A stretch of 64,000 nucleotides of DNA. Origin: Bacilli bacterium. Lineage in GTDB: Bacteria > Bacillota_I > Bacilli_A > RFN20 > CAG-826. Shown here one piece after another: positions 8,145 through 18,123 of the stretch. A model generated the notes under the pieces. The model was not told where the DNA came from and did no database searches. It saw only the letters and a list, made by a program, of their open reading frames with translations. Positions within the stretch are counted from its first letter, which is position 1, and each line of letters begins with the position of its first letter. A program made the position numbers and the translations under genes. Location: positions 6,914 to 70,913 of the forward strand of contig JAKSVH010000007.1 in NCBI GenBank assembly GCA_024408085.1, written 5' to 3'.

Positions 8145-9100
8145 TATTTTATTCCTGCCGCTACTTTGTCTAAGTCTTCAACAACTTTCATACAAAGTGA
8201 AAAGTCTTTTTGGTCAATAAGTCTGGCACCAGCAGCACATTTGTGTCCGCCACCACCATACTTAACTGCAACTTCTTGAACGTTAGCGCCATTGGATCTA
8301 AATTCGACTCTAATATTGCCCTCTTTTGAACGAGTAAAGAGAACCCAAATTGGACAGCCTCTAATGTTTCCAATAACATTAACATTCTTAGAAATTTGTT
8401 CAAATTTTAGACCAAATTGGTCATAGTCTGGGAAGTCAGCAAAACAATAAATAACATTGTGCTCTGTTCGTTTAAATCTAGAAACAAGCAAAGCTTGATA
8501 TTTAACGAATGCTTCATCCGAAATATATAAAATATCGAAAATGGATTTTGTTTCAATTCCTAAATCAAACAATGTAGCGATAAGTCTATGAGTGTGTGCA
8601 TTTGTTGGTGCATATCTAAATCTACCTGAGTCAGTACAGATTCCTAAATACATTAATTCTGCTGCAAGTTTTGTAATTTTAAATTTACAAGCAAGTGCAA
8701 ACTCAAGCATGATTTGGCAACAAGCAACTGCATTTTCATCAACATATTTAATTCCAAAAAATGGACCGTTTTCAATATGGTGATCAAATTTAACAATTTG
8801 CTTTGCAAGTCTAACTCTTTGATCGCTGACACGTTCGACCTCTGAACAGTCTAAAACAATGGCTAAGCTTTGCTTAATTATGTCATCACTAACTTCATCA
8901 TATTTACCAAATCTATTGTAGAATTGGGTTAAGCCTGCACCAATTGTGTAGACTTTCTTATCTGGGAAGTTAGTTTTTAACAATTCTCTGAGAGCTAAGC
9001 CTGAACCAAAAGAATCGCCATCTGGATTTATGTGTCCATAAATAGTTATGACGTCATATTTTTTGATTACTTTTAGAAGTTCTTTAAAGGCTTTATTCAT
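8144..9100 (-). CDS. nrnA: DHH/DHHA1 phosphoesterase (NrnA-type oligoribonuclease / pAp phosphatase)
   Basis: Motifs HINPDGDSFGS, DCS, DHH, GGGH at the expected spacing; 318 aa. Confidence 0.8.
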   Translation of the reverse strand: MNKAFKELLKVIKKYDVITIYGHINPDGDSFGSGLALRELLKTNFPDKKVYTIGAGLTQFYNRFGKYDEVSDDIIKQSLAIVLDCSEVERVSDQRVRLAKQIVKFDHHIENGPFFGIKYVDENAVACCQIMLEFALACKFKITKLAAELMYLGICTDSGRFRYAPTNAHTHRLIATLFDLGIETKSIFDILYISDEAFVKYQALLVSRFKRTEHNVIYCFADFPDYDQFGLKFEQISKNVNVIGNIRGCPIWVLFTRSKEGNIRVEFRSNGANVQEVAVKYGGGGHKCAAGARLIDQKDFSLCMKVVEDLDKVAAGIK

Positions 9101-9107
9101 TTAGAAA

Positions 9108-9521
9108 TTAGAATTCTCCATCGTCTTCATCTGCATCTTTAACTGGTTTATCAAAGTCAAGATCATCAGCTTCTTCTTCAACTTCTTCTTCGACTTCACC
9201 AAGTTCTTCTGCAAGTAATTTTCTTTCTTCTGCGTCGATTTCTTCATCTTCATCATCTGAATAAGCATCAATCATATCAAGGTGAACTTGTTCAAAGACG
9301 TGACGGCAACGTAAATCCCAGAAATTATCTGTTAAAGTAACGAAACGTCCATCAAGTGATAATGAAGTATAGAACTTTGACATTTTTGTTTTGATTTCGT
9401 TTTCAGCAAGTTCAATTCCGCTTAATTTAACTGCTGCGTTGAATAAATCAACAAATTTTAATGGATCCTTTGATGCATTGAGTACATCGAATCCGTAATC
9501 AAGTAAAGATTTCTCGTTCAT
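9108..9521 (-). CDS. rpoE: RNA polymerase delta subunit
   Basis: N-terminal HARE-HTH-like domain (LSLDGRFV...WDL) followed by a long poly-acidic tail. Size and composition are typical of Firmicute RpoE. Confidence 0.8.
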   Translation of the reverse strand: MNEKSLLDYGFDVLNASKDPLKFVDLFNAAVKLSGIELAENEIKTKMSKFYTSLSLDGRFVTLTDNFWDLRCRHVFEQVHLDMIDAYSDDEDEEIDAEERKLLAEELGEVEEEVEEEADDLDFDKPVKDADEDDGEF

Positions 9522-9536
9522 AATTTTTACCTTCCT

Positions 9537-11162
9537 TTACATTTTATTTGGAGCATCAACTCCGAGAACGCCTAATGCATTCTTCATAACAATTTTTGCT
9601 GCTTTTGCTAAAGCGAGACGGGATGCAGTTACATCAAGATTGTCGCGATCAATCAATCTACAATTTGTGTAGAATGAGTGAATTTCTGCTGCCAATTCTT
9701 GAATGTAAGTTGCAACCATGTGAGGAGCGCGTTTTTCCGCAGAAACCTCAATAATATGCGGGAATTCAATGAGTTTTTTGAGTAATTCAGTTTCGGATTC
9801 CTCTTTTAACATTGAAGCATTTTCATCAATTTTGATATCAGCTGCTGACTCTAAAACTGATGCAAGTCTAGCATGTGCATATTGGGCATAATAGACTGGG
9901 TTTGATGAGCTTTGTTCAAGAGCAAGATTTAAGTCAAAATCAAGGTGAGATGAAGCTGCACGAGAAACAAAGAAGTATCTTGTTGCATCAACGCCAACTT
10001 CTTCGCAGAGTTCTCTTAAAGTAACTCCAGCGCCAGTACGTTTGGACATCTTAACTTCTTCACCATCTTTGATTAATCTAACAACTTGAACAAGTTCAAC
10101 TTCAAGAGTGTCTTTTGAATAACCTTGCATCATTAAAGCTGATTTCATACGGTTAATATAACCGTGATGGTCTGCTCCAAGGACGTCAATGAGTTGATCA
10201 TAACCTCTTGATAACTTTATTAAGTGATAAGCAATATCAGGCATTAAATAGGTGTAAGAACCATCTGATTTAACAACTGCTCTATCCTTATCATCTAAGA
10301 AGTCTGTAGTTCTTAAGAAAGTTGCACCTTCTTGTTGGTAAGTATACTTACCATATTTGTTCTCTAAAACATCTTGAACGTGATTGTTTGCACGAACATC
10401 TGTTTCAAACGAATAAATATCGAATTTAACTCTGAAGAGTTCAAGATCTCTTTTAATCTTTTCTAGCTCTTCATCCATTCCAAATTTTTGAAGTTTCTTA
10501 AATGATTCTTCATCACCAACTTTGTATTCATTTGGATGTTTGTCATTATATAACTTAGCGATATCAATAATATCGTGAGCATGATAACTATCTTCTGGAA
10601 GTTCAATATTCTCCCCTAAAAGTTGTCTTAAACGAATGTCTAAAGACAAACCTAAAGTATAAATTTGATTACCAGCATTATTAACATAGAATTCACGAGT
10701 TACTTCGTAACCAGCGAAATCATAGAGTCTACAAATGGAATCGCCAACTGCAGCACATCTTGCGTGGCCTAAATGCAAATCACCAGTTGGGTTTGCGGAA
10801 ACGAATTCGACATTAACTTTTTTGCCGTTGTTTTCGCCTCTTCCATAGTCATCTCCCTTGGAGATAATTCCTTTAATGACGGAATTGATAGCATCTTTCT
10901 TTACAAAGAAGTTAATAAAACCAGGACCGGCAATTTCAATCTTTTCGATAACTTCTCTATCGATTGAATTAGAAATCTTTTCTGCTAAGTCTCTTGGTTT
11001 CATGCCTAAACGACCTGCAAACTTAAGAGCGACGTTTGAGGCATAGTCACCATGTTCAGGAGTTTTAGAGTTTTCGATAATAATCTCATTTAACTCTAAA
11101 TCTAATCCTTCACTTTTAAGTGAATCTTTTATTTTATTTTTTAATGTTTCTTCAATACTCAT
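9537..11162 (-). CDS. argS: arginine--tRNA ligase
   Basis: 541 aa; SANPTGDLHLGHAR (HIGH region), MSKRTG (KMSK-like), class I ArgRS layout. Confidence 0.93.
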   Translation of the reverse strand: MSIEETLKNKIKDSLKSEGLDLELNEIIIENSKTPEHGDYASNVALKFAGRLGMKPRDLAEKISNSIDREVIEKIEIAGPGFINFFVKKDAINSVIKGIISKGDDYGRGENNGKKVNVEFVSANPTGDLHLGHARCAAVGDSICRLYDFAGYEVTREFYVNNAGNQIYTLGLSLDIRLRQLLGENIELPEDSYHAHDIIDIAKLYNDKHPNEYKVGDEESFKKLQKFGMDEELEKIKRDLELFRVKFDIYSFETDVRANNHVQDVLENKYGKYTYQQEGATFLRTTDFLDDKDRAVVKSDGSYTYLMPDIAYHLIKLSRGYDQLIDVLGADHHGYINRMKSALMMQGYSKDTLEVELVQVVRLIKDGEEVKMSKRTGAGVTLRELCEEVGVDATRYFFVSRAASSHLDFDLNLALEQSSSNPVYYAQYAHARLASVLESAADIKIDENASMLKEESETELLKKLIEFPHIIEVSAEKRAPHMVATYIQELAAEIHSFYTNCRLIDRDNLDVTASRLALAKAAKIVMKNALGVLGVDAPNKM

Positions 11163-11195
11163 AAATTTTTAACGCTCTATTATAACAAGAGAAAT

Positions 11196-11669
11196 TTATT
11201 TCTCAAGTAAAACATACGATTGTGCTTTAATTGCCTTATCTTCTCCAATAGGTCCTACTCCATTAAATGAGCAAGCTTTTATAGAGACTTGAGCAATTGA
11301 ACAACCTAAATGAGCTGCAACCACCTTTCTCATTTCATCAATCTTGTTTGCAAGCTTAGGTGCTTTACAAGCAACTTGAACATCAATGTTTCCAATTCTG
11401 AAACCTTTATCCTTCATCATTTCAACAACTTTATCGAGCAAAATTAATGAAGAAATTCCTTCGTACTTAGGATCATTGTCCGGGAAGAATTTTCCAAGAT
11501 CTCCAAGAGCCAATGCGCCAAGGATAGATTCTGCAACAGCGTGCACCAAAACATCAGCATCACTATGACCTGCTAAACCTACTTCATTTGGAAATTCAAC
11601 ACCACCTAAAACAAGCTTTCTTCCAGCCTGTTTTTGATGAATATCCTCGGAAAATCCTATACGAATCAC
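11196..11669 (-). CDS. ispF: 2-C-methyl-D-erythritol 2,4-cyclodiphosphate synthase
   Basis: GTG start with GGAG 9 nt upstream; IGFSEDIH, GHSDADVLVHA motifs; 157 aa. Confidence 0.9.
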   Translation of the reverse strand: MIRIGFSEDIHQKQAGRKLVLGGVEFPNEVGLAGHSDADVLVHAVAESILGALALGDLGKFFPDNDPKYEGISSLILLDKVVEMMKDKGFRIGNIDVQVACKAPKLANKIDEMRKVVAAHLGCSIAQVSIKACSFNGVGPIGEDKAIKAQSYVLLEK

Positions 11670-11681
11670 AGTTATTTCTCC

Positions 11682-12788
11682 TTAAACATTGAATCTAAAG
11701 AATACGCAATCACCATCTTGCATTTCGTATTCTTTTCCTTCAATTCTTAACTTACCGGCTTCCTTAACTGCGAGTTCAGATTTAAGGTTAAAAATGTCTT
11801 CAAAACTATAAATTTCAGCCTTAATAAATCCTTTCTCAAAGTCAGAGTGAATAATACCAGCACATTGAGGTGCTAGCATTCCATTTGTGTAAGTCCAAGC
11901 GCGACACTCATCAGGTCCACAAGTAAAGAAGGTTGATAAATTTAGTAATTTATAAACAGCCTTAATTACTTTATCAAGACCAGATTCAGTTGCGCCTAAA
12001 GTTGCAAGAAATTCCATTCTTTCTTCCTTTGGAAGAGAAGACAATTCATATTCAATTTCACAAGAAATTGGAATGACTTGAGCTTTTTCTTGAGCTGCAA
12101 TTTCTTGAACAACTTTTAAATATTTACAGTTGTCTAAGTCTTGATAATCAGCATCAGAGACATTAGCAACATAAATAATCGGTTTTAAAGTAAGTAAATG
12201 ATATTGTTTGAAAGCAAATTCAAATTCTTCTTTCTTTAAAGAAAGTTTTCTAGCAGGTTCACCTTTAGAAAGAATTTCTTGTAAAGGTGCAAGAATTGAC
12301 ATTTCGTAAACAGATTCTTTATCTTTTTGAACTCTTGCTTTGTTGCCTACTGTTGCAATACGTTTTTCAACGGTTGCTAAGTCAGCCATAGCTAATTCAA
12401 GGTTAATTGTTTCAATATCGCGTTTTGGATCAACTGATTCTTCAACATGGATGATTTCGTTTGAATCAAAACAGCGAACAACTTCAACGATTGCGTCACA
12501 CTCTCTAATGTGACCAAGGAATTGGTTTCCTAATCCTTCTCCTTTGGAGGCTCCTCTAACTAAACCAGCAATATCATAGAATTCAAATGTAGCTTGAATT
12601 TTCTTTTTTGGGTTAAATAATCCAGTTAAGAAATCTAATCTTTCATCTGGAACGTTGACTACTCCAGTGTTCGGAGAGATGGTTGCAAATGGATAGTTTG
12701 CAGCTTCAACATGAGAGTTTGTAATAGCGTTAAAGAGCGTTGACTTTCCAACGTTTGGTAATCCGACAATTCCTGCTTTTAATGACAT
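11682..12788 (-). CDS. ychF: redox-regulated ribosome-binding ATPase YchF
   Basis: [13 protein letters not shown]-loop, TGS-like C-terminus ([13 protein letters not shown]); 368 aa. Confidence 0.93.
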   Translation of the reverse strand: MSLKAGIVGLPNVGKSTLFNAITNSHVEAANYPFATISPNTGVVNVPDERLDFLTGLFNPKKKIQATFEFYDIAGLVRGASKGEGLGNQFLGHIRECDAIVEVVRCFDSNEIIHVEESVDPKRDIETINLELAMADLATVEKRIATVGNKARVQKDKESVYEMSILAPLQEILSKGEPARKLSLKKEEFEFAFKQYHLLTLKPIIYVANVSDADYQDLDNCKYLKVVQEIAAQEKAQVIPISCEIEYELSSLPKEERMEFLATLGATESGLDKVIKAVYKLLNLSTFFTCGPDECRAWTYTNGMLAPQCAGIIHSDFEKGFIKAEIYSFEDIFNLKSELAVKEAGKLRIEGKEYEMQDGDCVFFRFNV

Positions 12789-12839
12789 ATACTTACCTCT
12801 TCGCGAGATAATATCTTATATTATCGAGATTAATAAGTA

Positions 12840-12873
12840 AAGAAAAAGCCAAAAATGGTAAACATTTCTGGCT
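12840..12873 (-). terminator. intrinsic terminator downstream of csp
   Basis: On the minus strand, GCCAGAAATG-tttac-CATTTTTGGC (10 bp, one G-U) followed by TTTTTCT. Confidence 0.75.
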
Positions 12874-12892
12874 ATTTAAATATTGAAAAATA

Positions 12893-13093
12893 CTAATCAA
12901 TCTTTTTTACGTTTGAGGCTCTTAAGCCTTTTTCTGTTTCTTCAACATCGAACTCAACTGCAGATTCGACAGCAATGTCTTTAAAACCTTCCATGACAAG
13001 TGCGGAATAATGGAAAAATACGTCTTTACCATCTTCAGATTTGATAAAACCGAACCCTTTATTCTTGTTGAATCTAATTACTTTACCTTTCAT
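12893..13093 (-). CDS. cold-shock protein (CspA family)
   Basis: 66 aa; KGFGFI (RNP1) and VFFHYS (RNP2-like) motifs. Confidence 0.92.
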   Translation of the reverse strand: MKGKVIRFNKNKGFGFIKSEDGKDVFFHYSALVMEGFKDIAVESAVEFDVEETEKGLRASNVKKID

Positions 13094-13178
13094 AATAGAC
13101 TCCTCTTGTTAGTGAAAATAATAACACTTAATTTTAAATAAAATAACTTTTTATTCATTTTATAAATAAAAACACTGA

Positions 13179-15974
13179 TTAATTCTTTACTTTTTTTCTA
13201 GTAATTTTCCTCCTCGTTAGATAAACCAACATTATTTTTGAAATAAAATACGGCAAAATTAACGACATCAAGAAAACTAAAATTATTGGTTTTGCATTAA
13301 GCGAAAATTGAAATCCAATATTCAGATAATCACCTAAAATGTAGCTGATCACAAAGTCTACAGCAATAAGTTCAACTGAGCTCACGACAAATGCAATGAG
13401 CCCTTGAACAATTGCTTGATTTGTAAAAGTTGAATTTATATCTGCTCGTTTAAAGCCTAGACGCCTAAATAATTCTATTTCGTCTTTGCTTTCAGTTATA
13501 TTCAGCATTAAAACTGTACCAAGTAAAAGAATTGAGATTATTGTTGCAAGTATGGAAAACGAAATAAGAATTGTATTTGCATAATCAAGTGTGGATTCGA
13601 TGTTCACCTTAAGCTCATCTAAAGGGTTAATTACTTTATAATCAACCATTGTATTTTGCATCTTTCGGTATACAGAACCAGCTTCATTTTCGTTATCAAA
13701 TTCAAACACGATTGCACGAGGCATTAAATAGAAACTTGAGACCCCTAATTTATCTCTAAAAAACGCTATTGTCCAATCCTGATTTTGGTATAGATAATTT
13801 CGTTCTTCATCCACTACTCCAACAATAACTATTTTTGCTGTGTTGTATTCTTTAATTATCTTCCCATCTTTATCTTGAAATTCCTGGGTTTCTCCAGCGA
13901 TTTCCATATATTTTCCCAATCCAAATGACTTTTCATCTAGTAGCTTTCCAAGGCCTTTTGATATAACAATTTCGTTATTATTTTCAGGCATTCTTCCGTA
14001 CTCTAATTTATCAATTTTTGTTGAGAATCTTAAACCCCCAGAAACAGCATTCAAAAAATTACCTTGAACAACGCCTTTTGGAAGATCAATTTGAAGGTTT
14101 GTTTCATTGTTTAATTGGGTGTCTGCATCAATTGCTTGATTTAGTAAATCTTCATCAAGAGAAACAAATACATTTTTAGCAAAACCAGAAAACAAATTTG
14201 ATGCGTAGGACGCGTAGCCAAAGTCAGAAGTAAAATAGAAATTTTTCGCTTCTGGAATATTTTTAATGACTCCAGGATTAATTGCATACTTATCTGCATA
14301 ATACACATAAACACGATTTTCTTCACAAACTTCATTTACTTTGCAAATAACAGGATTGTAATTGAAGTTTGTTCGTTCAAAAACAAAATCATATAAATCT
14401 TCATCATAAAATGATACATTTAAAAATAAAGACGGATTTTCTTTAGTTTTTAAATAGTAAATTCTATACATCTCCCAAGGAAACTCATGAACGTCATCAT
14501 CATCTGAAGGCAGCCTCATCATTTCTTCGAAAACAATTTCATTCCATAAATCATTTGTATGAAAAAATGTTGGATTGTTAGTTTCCTTTACAGCAACAAC
14601 TTCAAAAATTTGTTCATCATCGTACTGCCAATAATCATTTTCAACTGCAAAAGTAATAAATAAACCTTTTTCATAAATGTAATGACCTAGTGATGTAAAA
14701 TTTCTTTGTATTTGAAGTTCAAAACAAAGTTGAACCATATCTTCATAAGTAAGCCCCAAAACAATTTGATCATCATCAATCGTCTCAACTGCAGATGGAT
14801 AATAAAAATCTCCATCATCCTCAAGCCACTTAAAATCATTAATTGATCTTGCAGAATAAGAATTTAAATCAATCGTTCTACTTCCTAAATCTACGAAAAA
14901 TTCATTACGATTTTTAAAGAAATCTTCATAGTTTACTAAGTAATTTACTCCAATTCCTTCAATTTGATACTTATATTTGTTGTAAATATCATAGACTTTT
15001 TCAAATGGTGCAGAATAAGAAGAAGTAAATGTATTTTCATTTTCATTTTTAAGAGATAAAACGATTTGATTTCCGTTCATTATTGTCTTGAATGCATCAT
15101 TAACTTTTGTTGAAACAGAGTCTGTAATAATAACTGACAAACCAACACCGGTTAAAGATAAAGAAAGCATTAAATTAACAATAATACTTCTATACTTCTT
15201 TGCTCTTATTTTATTTAAAGAATGGAAAAATTTAAATTTTTCAGAAATCATTGATTTCTTTCGTTGTTCTCCAACATCAATTAAAAGTGGCTTTTCTCCT
15301 TCAATTTTATTATGAAGTTCAGTAACTTCTATTTTTTCGTTTTCTATTTTTAACAAAACATCTGCAATCTTAGTAATTGCTGCAAGATCGTGTGTTGCAA
15401 CTATAACCAATGTTTTTGTGGATATTGTTTTTAACAAAGCAAAAACTTCATTTCCGTTCTTTTCATCTAGTGCACCTGTTGGTTCATCACATAAAATTAT
15501 TTTTGGGTTGTTTATAATAGCTCTTGCAATTGCGACTCTTTGTTTTTCTCCTCCTGAAAGCTTGTTAACATGCATCTTTTTAAGTTTCAAAATATTAACA
15601 GCAGACAAAGCGTCTTCAACCCTACGATTTTTTATCTTCTTCTGAGCCTTAGAAAAGGCGTCTAATGGAAGCAAAATATTGTTCTCAACTGTATCCAAAT
15701 TTAACAAGCTAAAATTTTGAAAAACATAACCTATATTTTTAAGTCTAAAATCACATAATTTTTCTTCATTAAATTCATCTAATTTTTCACCGTCAATTTT
15801 TATAGTTCCGCCATAGTCAAAATCAAGACCAGAAATCATATTGAGCATTGTTGATTTTCCACTACCAGATTCACCAACAATTGCAATCAAACCTTTGTCT
15901 GGGAAGCTATATGAAAAATCCGAAAATATTCGTCTTTTACCATAGTTTTTGCTTAAATTCTCGACTATAATCAT
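13179..15974 (-). CDS. fused ABC ATPase / FtsX-type permease (MacB-like) with ~540-aa extracytoplasmic domain
   Basis: N-terminal NBD (GESGSGKST, LSGGEKQR, ILCDEPTGALD), TM near residue 265, a long non-hydrophobic region, and a C-terminal FtsX-like 3-TM bundle; 931 aa. Confidence 0.8.
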   Translation of the reverse strand: MIIVENLSKNYGKRRIFSDFSYSFPDKGLIAIVGESGSGKSTMLNMISGLDFDYGGTIKIDGEKLDEFNEEKLCDFRLKNIGYVFQNFSLLNLDTVENNILLPLDAFSKAQKKIKNRRVEDALSAVNILKLKKMHVNKLSGGEKQRVAIARAIINNPKIILCDEPTGALDEKNGNEVFALLKTISTKTLVIVATHDLAAITKIADVLLKIENEKIEVTELHNKIEGEKPLLIDVGEQRKKSMISEKFKFFHSLNKIRAKKYRSIIVNLMLSLSLTGVGLSVIITDSVSTKVNDAFKTIMNGNQIVLSLKNENENTFTSSYSAPFEKVYDIYNKYKYQIEGIGVNYLVNYEDFFKNRNEFFVDLGSRTIDLNSYSARSINDFKWLEDDGDFYYPSAVETIDDDQIVLGLTYEDMVQLCFELQIQRNFTSLGHYIYEKGLFITFAVENDYWQYDDEQIFEVVAVKETNNPTFFHTNDLWNEIVFEEMMRLPSDDDDVHEFPWEMYRIYYLKTKENPSLFLNVSFYDEDLYDFVFERTNFNYNPVICKVNEVCEENRVYVYYADKYAINPGVIKNIPEAKNFYFTSDFGYASYASNLFSGFAKNVFVSLDEDLLNQAIDADTQLNNETNLQIDLPKGVVQGNFLNAVSGGLRFSTKIDKLEYGRMPENNNEIVISKGLGKLLDEKSFGLGKYMEIAGETQEFQDKDGKIIKEYNTAKIVIVGVVDEERNYLYQNQDWTIAFFRDKLGVSSFYLMPRAIVFEFDNENEAGSVYRKMQNTMVDYKVINPLDELKVNIESTLDYANTILISFSILATIISILLLGTVLMLNITESKDEIELFRRLGFKRADINSTFTNQAIVQGLIAFVVSSVELIAVDFVISYILGDYLNIGFQFSLNAKPIILVFLMSLILPYFISKIMLVYLTRRKITRKKVKN

Positions 15975-18064
15975 TATTCATCCCTCAATTCATCAGTTAA
16001 AGAATTGTGCCTATAAATAACCATTGGTATTAAAGTGAATAAAGTTGAACAAGCAAAGGCAATAATTCCTAAAATAAAAATTAATCCAAATGGTATTCCG
16101 GCAAAACTTTTTAAAGGTATTAAAATGAGATTTTTTAGCATAAATTTTTTAAAGATTATTTCATTTAATTTTGACTGTAAAAAATTAGCCAAAAATACTG
16201 AAGAAATGAATGATAAAAATATGATTAAATAATTCTCAATTAAATGTATTGCGTAAATCGAGGAATTTCGTGCTCCTAAACAGGTTAAAATTGCAGTATT
16301 TTTCCTATTTTCTAAGAACGTCGATAAAGAAATCATACCCAATATAAAATTAATGCCTGCAAAAGCAATAATAACGAAAATAACTAGTGTGCTAGAAAAT
16401 GAATTTATAAATGTTGAATAAGTTTCCTTTGTTTCAAAAGGTTTTGATGTAATTTGCAAAGGTTCTTCTTTCATTTTGTTTAATCTTTTAAAAAAGGGCT
16501 CTATCTCATTGATGTCGGTGATGAATAAGTAAGAAGAATATGAAGCAACCGGATCATCATTTTTACAATTTTCCAAATAATCAAAATAAGTTATTCGTTG
16601 CCCAACAATGTTTGAAGCATTCTCCATTACTTCATTTTTTAAAAATTCTTTAGCTCCTTTATAAGAAAAATAAATCTTTGGGGTATTTAGGAATGAAAAC
16701 TCATGAATAACGCCCACAATTTTCATCCTTTTAGTAAAGTTTAGCGTGTCTTTAACAAATGGAAGTTTTTCATCTCCTGTTTGGTAATTAATTGAACTAT
16801 CATTATTAATGATGATTATTTTATTTAAGGCATCGCAATTCAACTCTTTTTCAAACTCTTCGTTTACAATAATCTCGTCTAGATTACCACTACACGGATG
16901 ACCCTTGACAAGCATTTCCTTTCCAAATGATTCTAAAGTTGAATCATACAATGGAACCATTTCGAAATTATTTACTTTTATTTCATTGAAATAACAAGCT
17001 GGATAATTGCAAATGAAATAAGAAATATTTTCTTCATATCTAATTGATTTAAAATCGCTAAAATATTTATCTACTAAATCAACGTTTGGCTTCACAGTTT
17101 TTTCAAACAATAATGGAGAGCCATCAATTTCAACAAATTTAGATTCAGATGCAGTTGCGAAACCGATGGAAAGGTTCTGCTTTAATGCATCATCTTGAGA
17201 ACTTTTTGAGCCCTCACTAAAACCAACCGAAATAAACATTGCAGAGAAAGATAAGGTGCACGCAATTATTGAGAAAATATTCTTCTTAATATTGTGTTTT
17301 AAATTATGCCTTATAAATTTACTTTTCCATTTAGAACTATAACGAATTTTTGTGTTCTTTTTTGTTTCAATTTGTTTTTCATTATTTTGATATTTATTAT
17401 CAACAATTTCGCCATCTTTTAAAGTTAGGATATAATCAGAAAATTCTTCTACCAAATTCTTGTTATGAGAAACCATAATAATCAGCTTTTCACGTGAAAT
17501 TTCACGCAAAATCTCCATTATTTCCCTACTATTTTCAACATCCAGCGCCCCTGTAGGTTCATCGCAAAGTATTGCATCTGGATTACTTATTAAACTCCTT
17601 AAAATAGCTATTCTTTGTTTCTCTCCACCAGAAAGATTTGATACCTTTCTACTCATTAAATTTTCTATATGAAATCTAGCAAAAAGTTCTTTGGCTTTTT
17701 CAGTTAATTCTTTTTTGCTTTTATCAGCAATTTCTTGCGCCAAAATAACATTTTCAAAAGCGGTTAAATGATTGAATAAATTGTAATGCTGGAAAACAAG
17801 CGAAACGCCACATAAATGGTAACGAGAAAACTCCTTATCATTCATTTTCGAAATATCTTTTCCATTAAAATAAATTTTTCCACTAGTTGGTTTTTCAATT
17901 CCCATCAAAATGTTAAGCAATGTTGATTTGCCACAACCAGATTTTCCAACAATAGAAAAAAGGCCACTTTTAGGAAATGATAAATTAATATTTTTTAAAA
18001 CAGTATTGATCTGCTTTCCGTTAGAAAAGCTTTTACAAATATTATCCAAAAGAAAAACCGACAT
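15974..18064 (-). CDS. fused ABC ATPase / FtsX-type permease (MacB-like)
   Basis: NBD (GKSGCGKST, LSGGEKQR, ILCDEPTGALD), TM, ~300-aa extracytoplasmic region, C-terminal FtsX-like TMs; 696 aa. Its stop overlaps the downstream ABC start by 1 nt. Confidence 0.8.
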   Translation of the reverse strand: MSVFLLDNICKSFSNGKQINTVLKNINLSFPKSGLFSIVGKSGCGKSTLLNILMGIEKPTSGKIYFNGKDISKMNDKEFSRYHLCGVSLVFQHYNLFNHLTAFENVILAQEIADKSKKELTEKAKELFARFHIENLMSRKVSNLSGGEKQRIAILRSLISNPDAILCDEPTGALDVENSREIMEILREISREKLIIMVSHNKNLVEEFSDYILTLKDGEIVDNKYQNNEKQIETKKNTKIRYSSKWKSKFIRHNLKHNIKKNIFSIIACTLSFSAMFISVGFSEGSKSSQDDALKQNLSIGFATASESKFVEIDGSPLLFEKTVKPNVDLVDKYFSDFKSIRYEENISYFICNYPACYFNEIKVNNFEMVPLYDSTLESFGKEMLVKGHPCSGNLDEIIVNEEFEKELNCDALNKIIIINNDSSINYQTGDEKLPFVKDTLNFTKRMKIVGVIHEFSFLNTPKIYFSYKGAKEFLKNEVMENASNIVGQRITYFDYLENCKNDDPVASYSSYLFITDINEIEPFFKRLNKMKEEPLQITSKPFETKETYSTFINSFSSTLVIFVIIAFAGINFILGMISLSTFLENRKNTAILTCLGARNSSIYAIHLIENYLIIFLSFISSVFLANFLQSKLNEIIFKKFMLKNLILIPLKSFAGIPFGLIFILGIIAFACSTLFTLIPMVIYRHNSLTDELRDE

Positions 18065-18123
18065 TTTATTTATCCCCTCAATACATATTTAGGGTAAATT
18101 GTCGGTTTTCGATGAAAATTTTT
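18065..18123 (-). repeat. copy A of a duplicated ~58-nt intergenic leader element (upstream of the ABC pair)
   Basis: Minus-strand sequence AAAAATTTTCATCGAAAACCGACAATTTACCCTAAATATGTATTGAGGGGATAAATAAA-ATG. It aligns along its whole length with 26903-26959, with a perfect 13-nt core AAAATTTTCATCG. Confidence 0.6.

Noticed and set aside
11163-11195. T-box leader upstream of argS
   Set aside because: The ispF-argS spacer is only 33 nt, far too short for a T-box, and no specifier or antiterminator elements are present.
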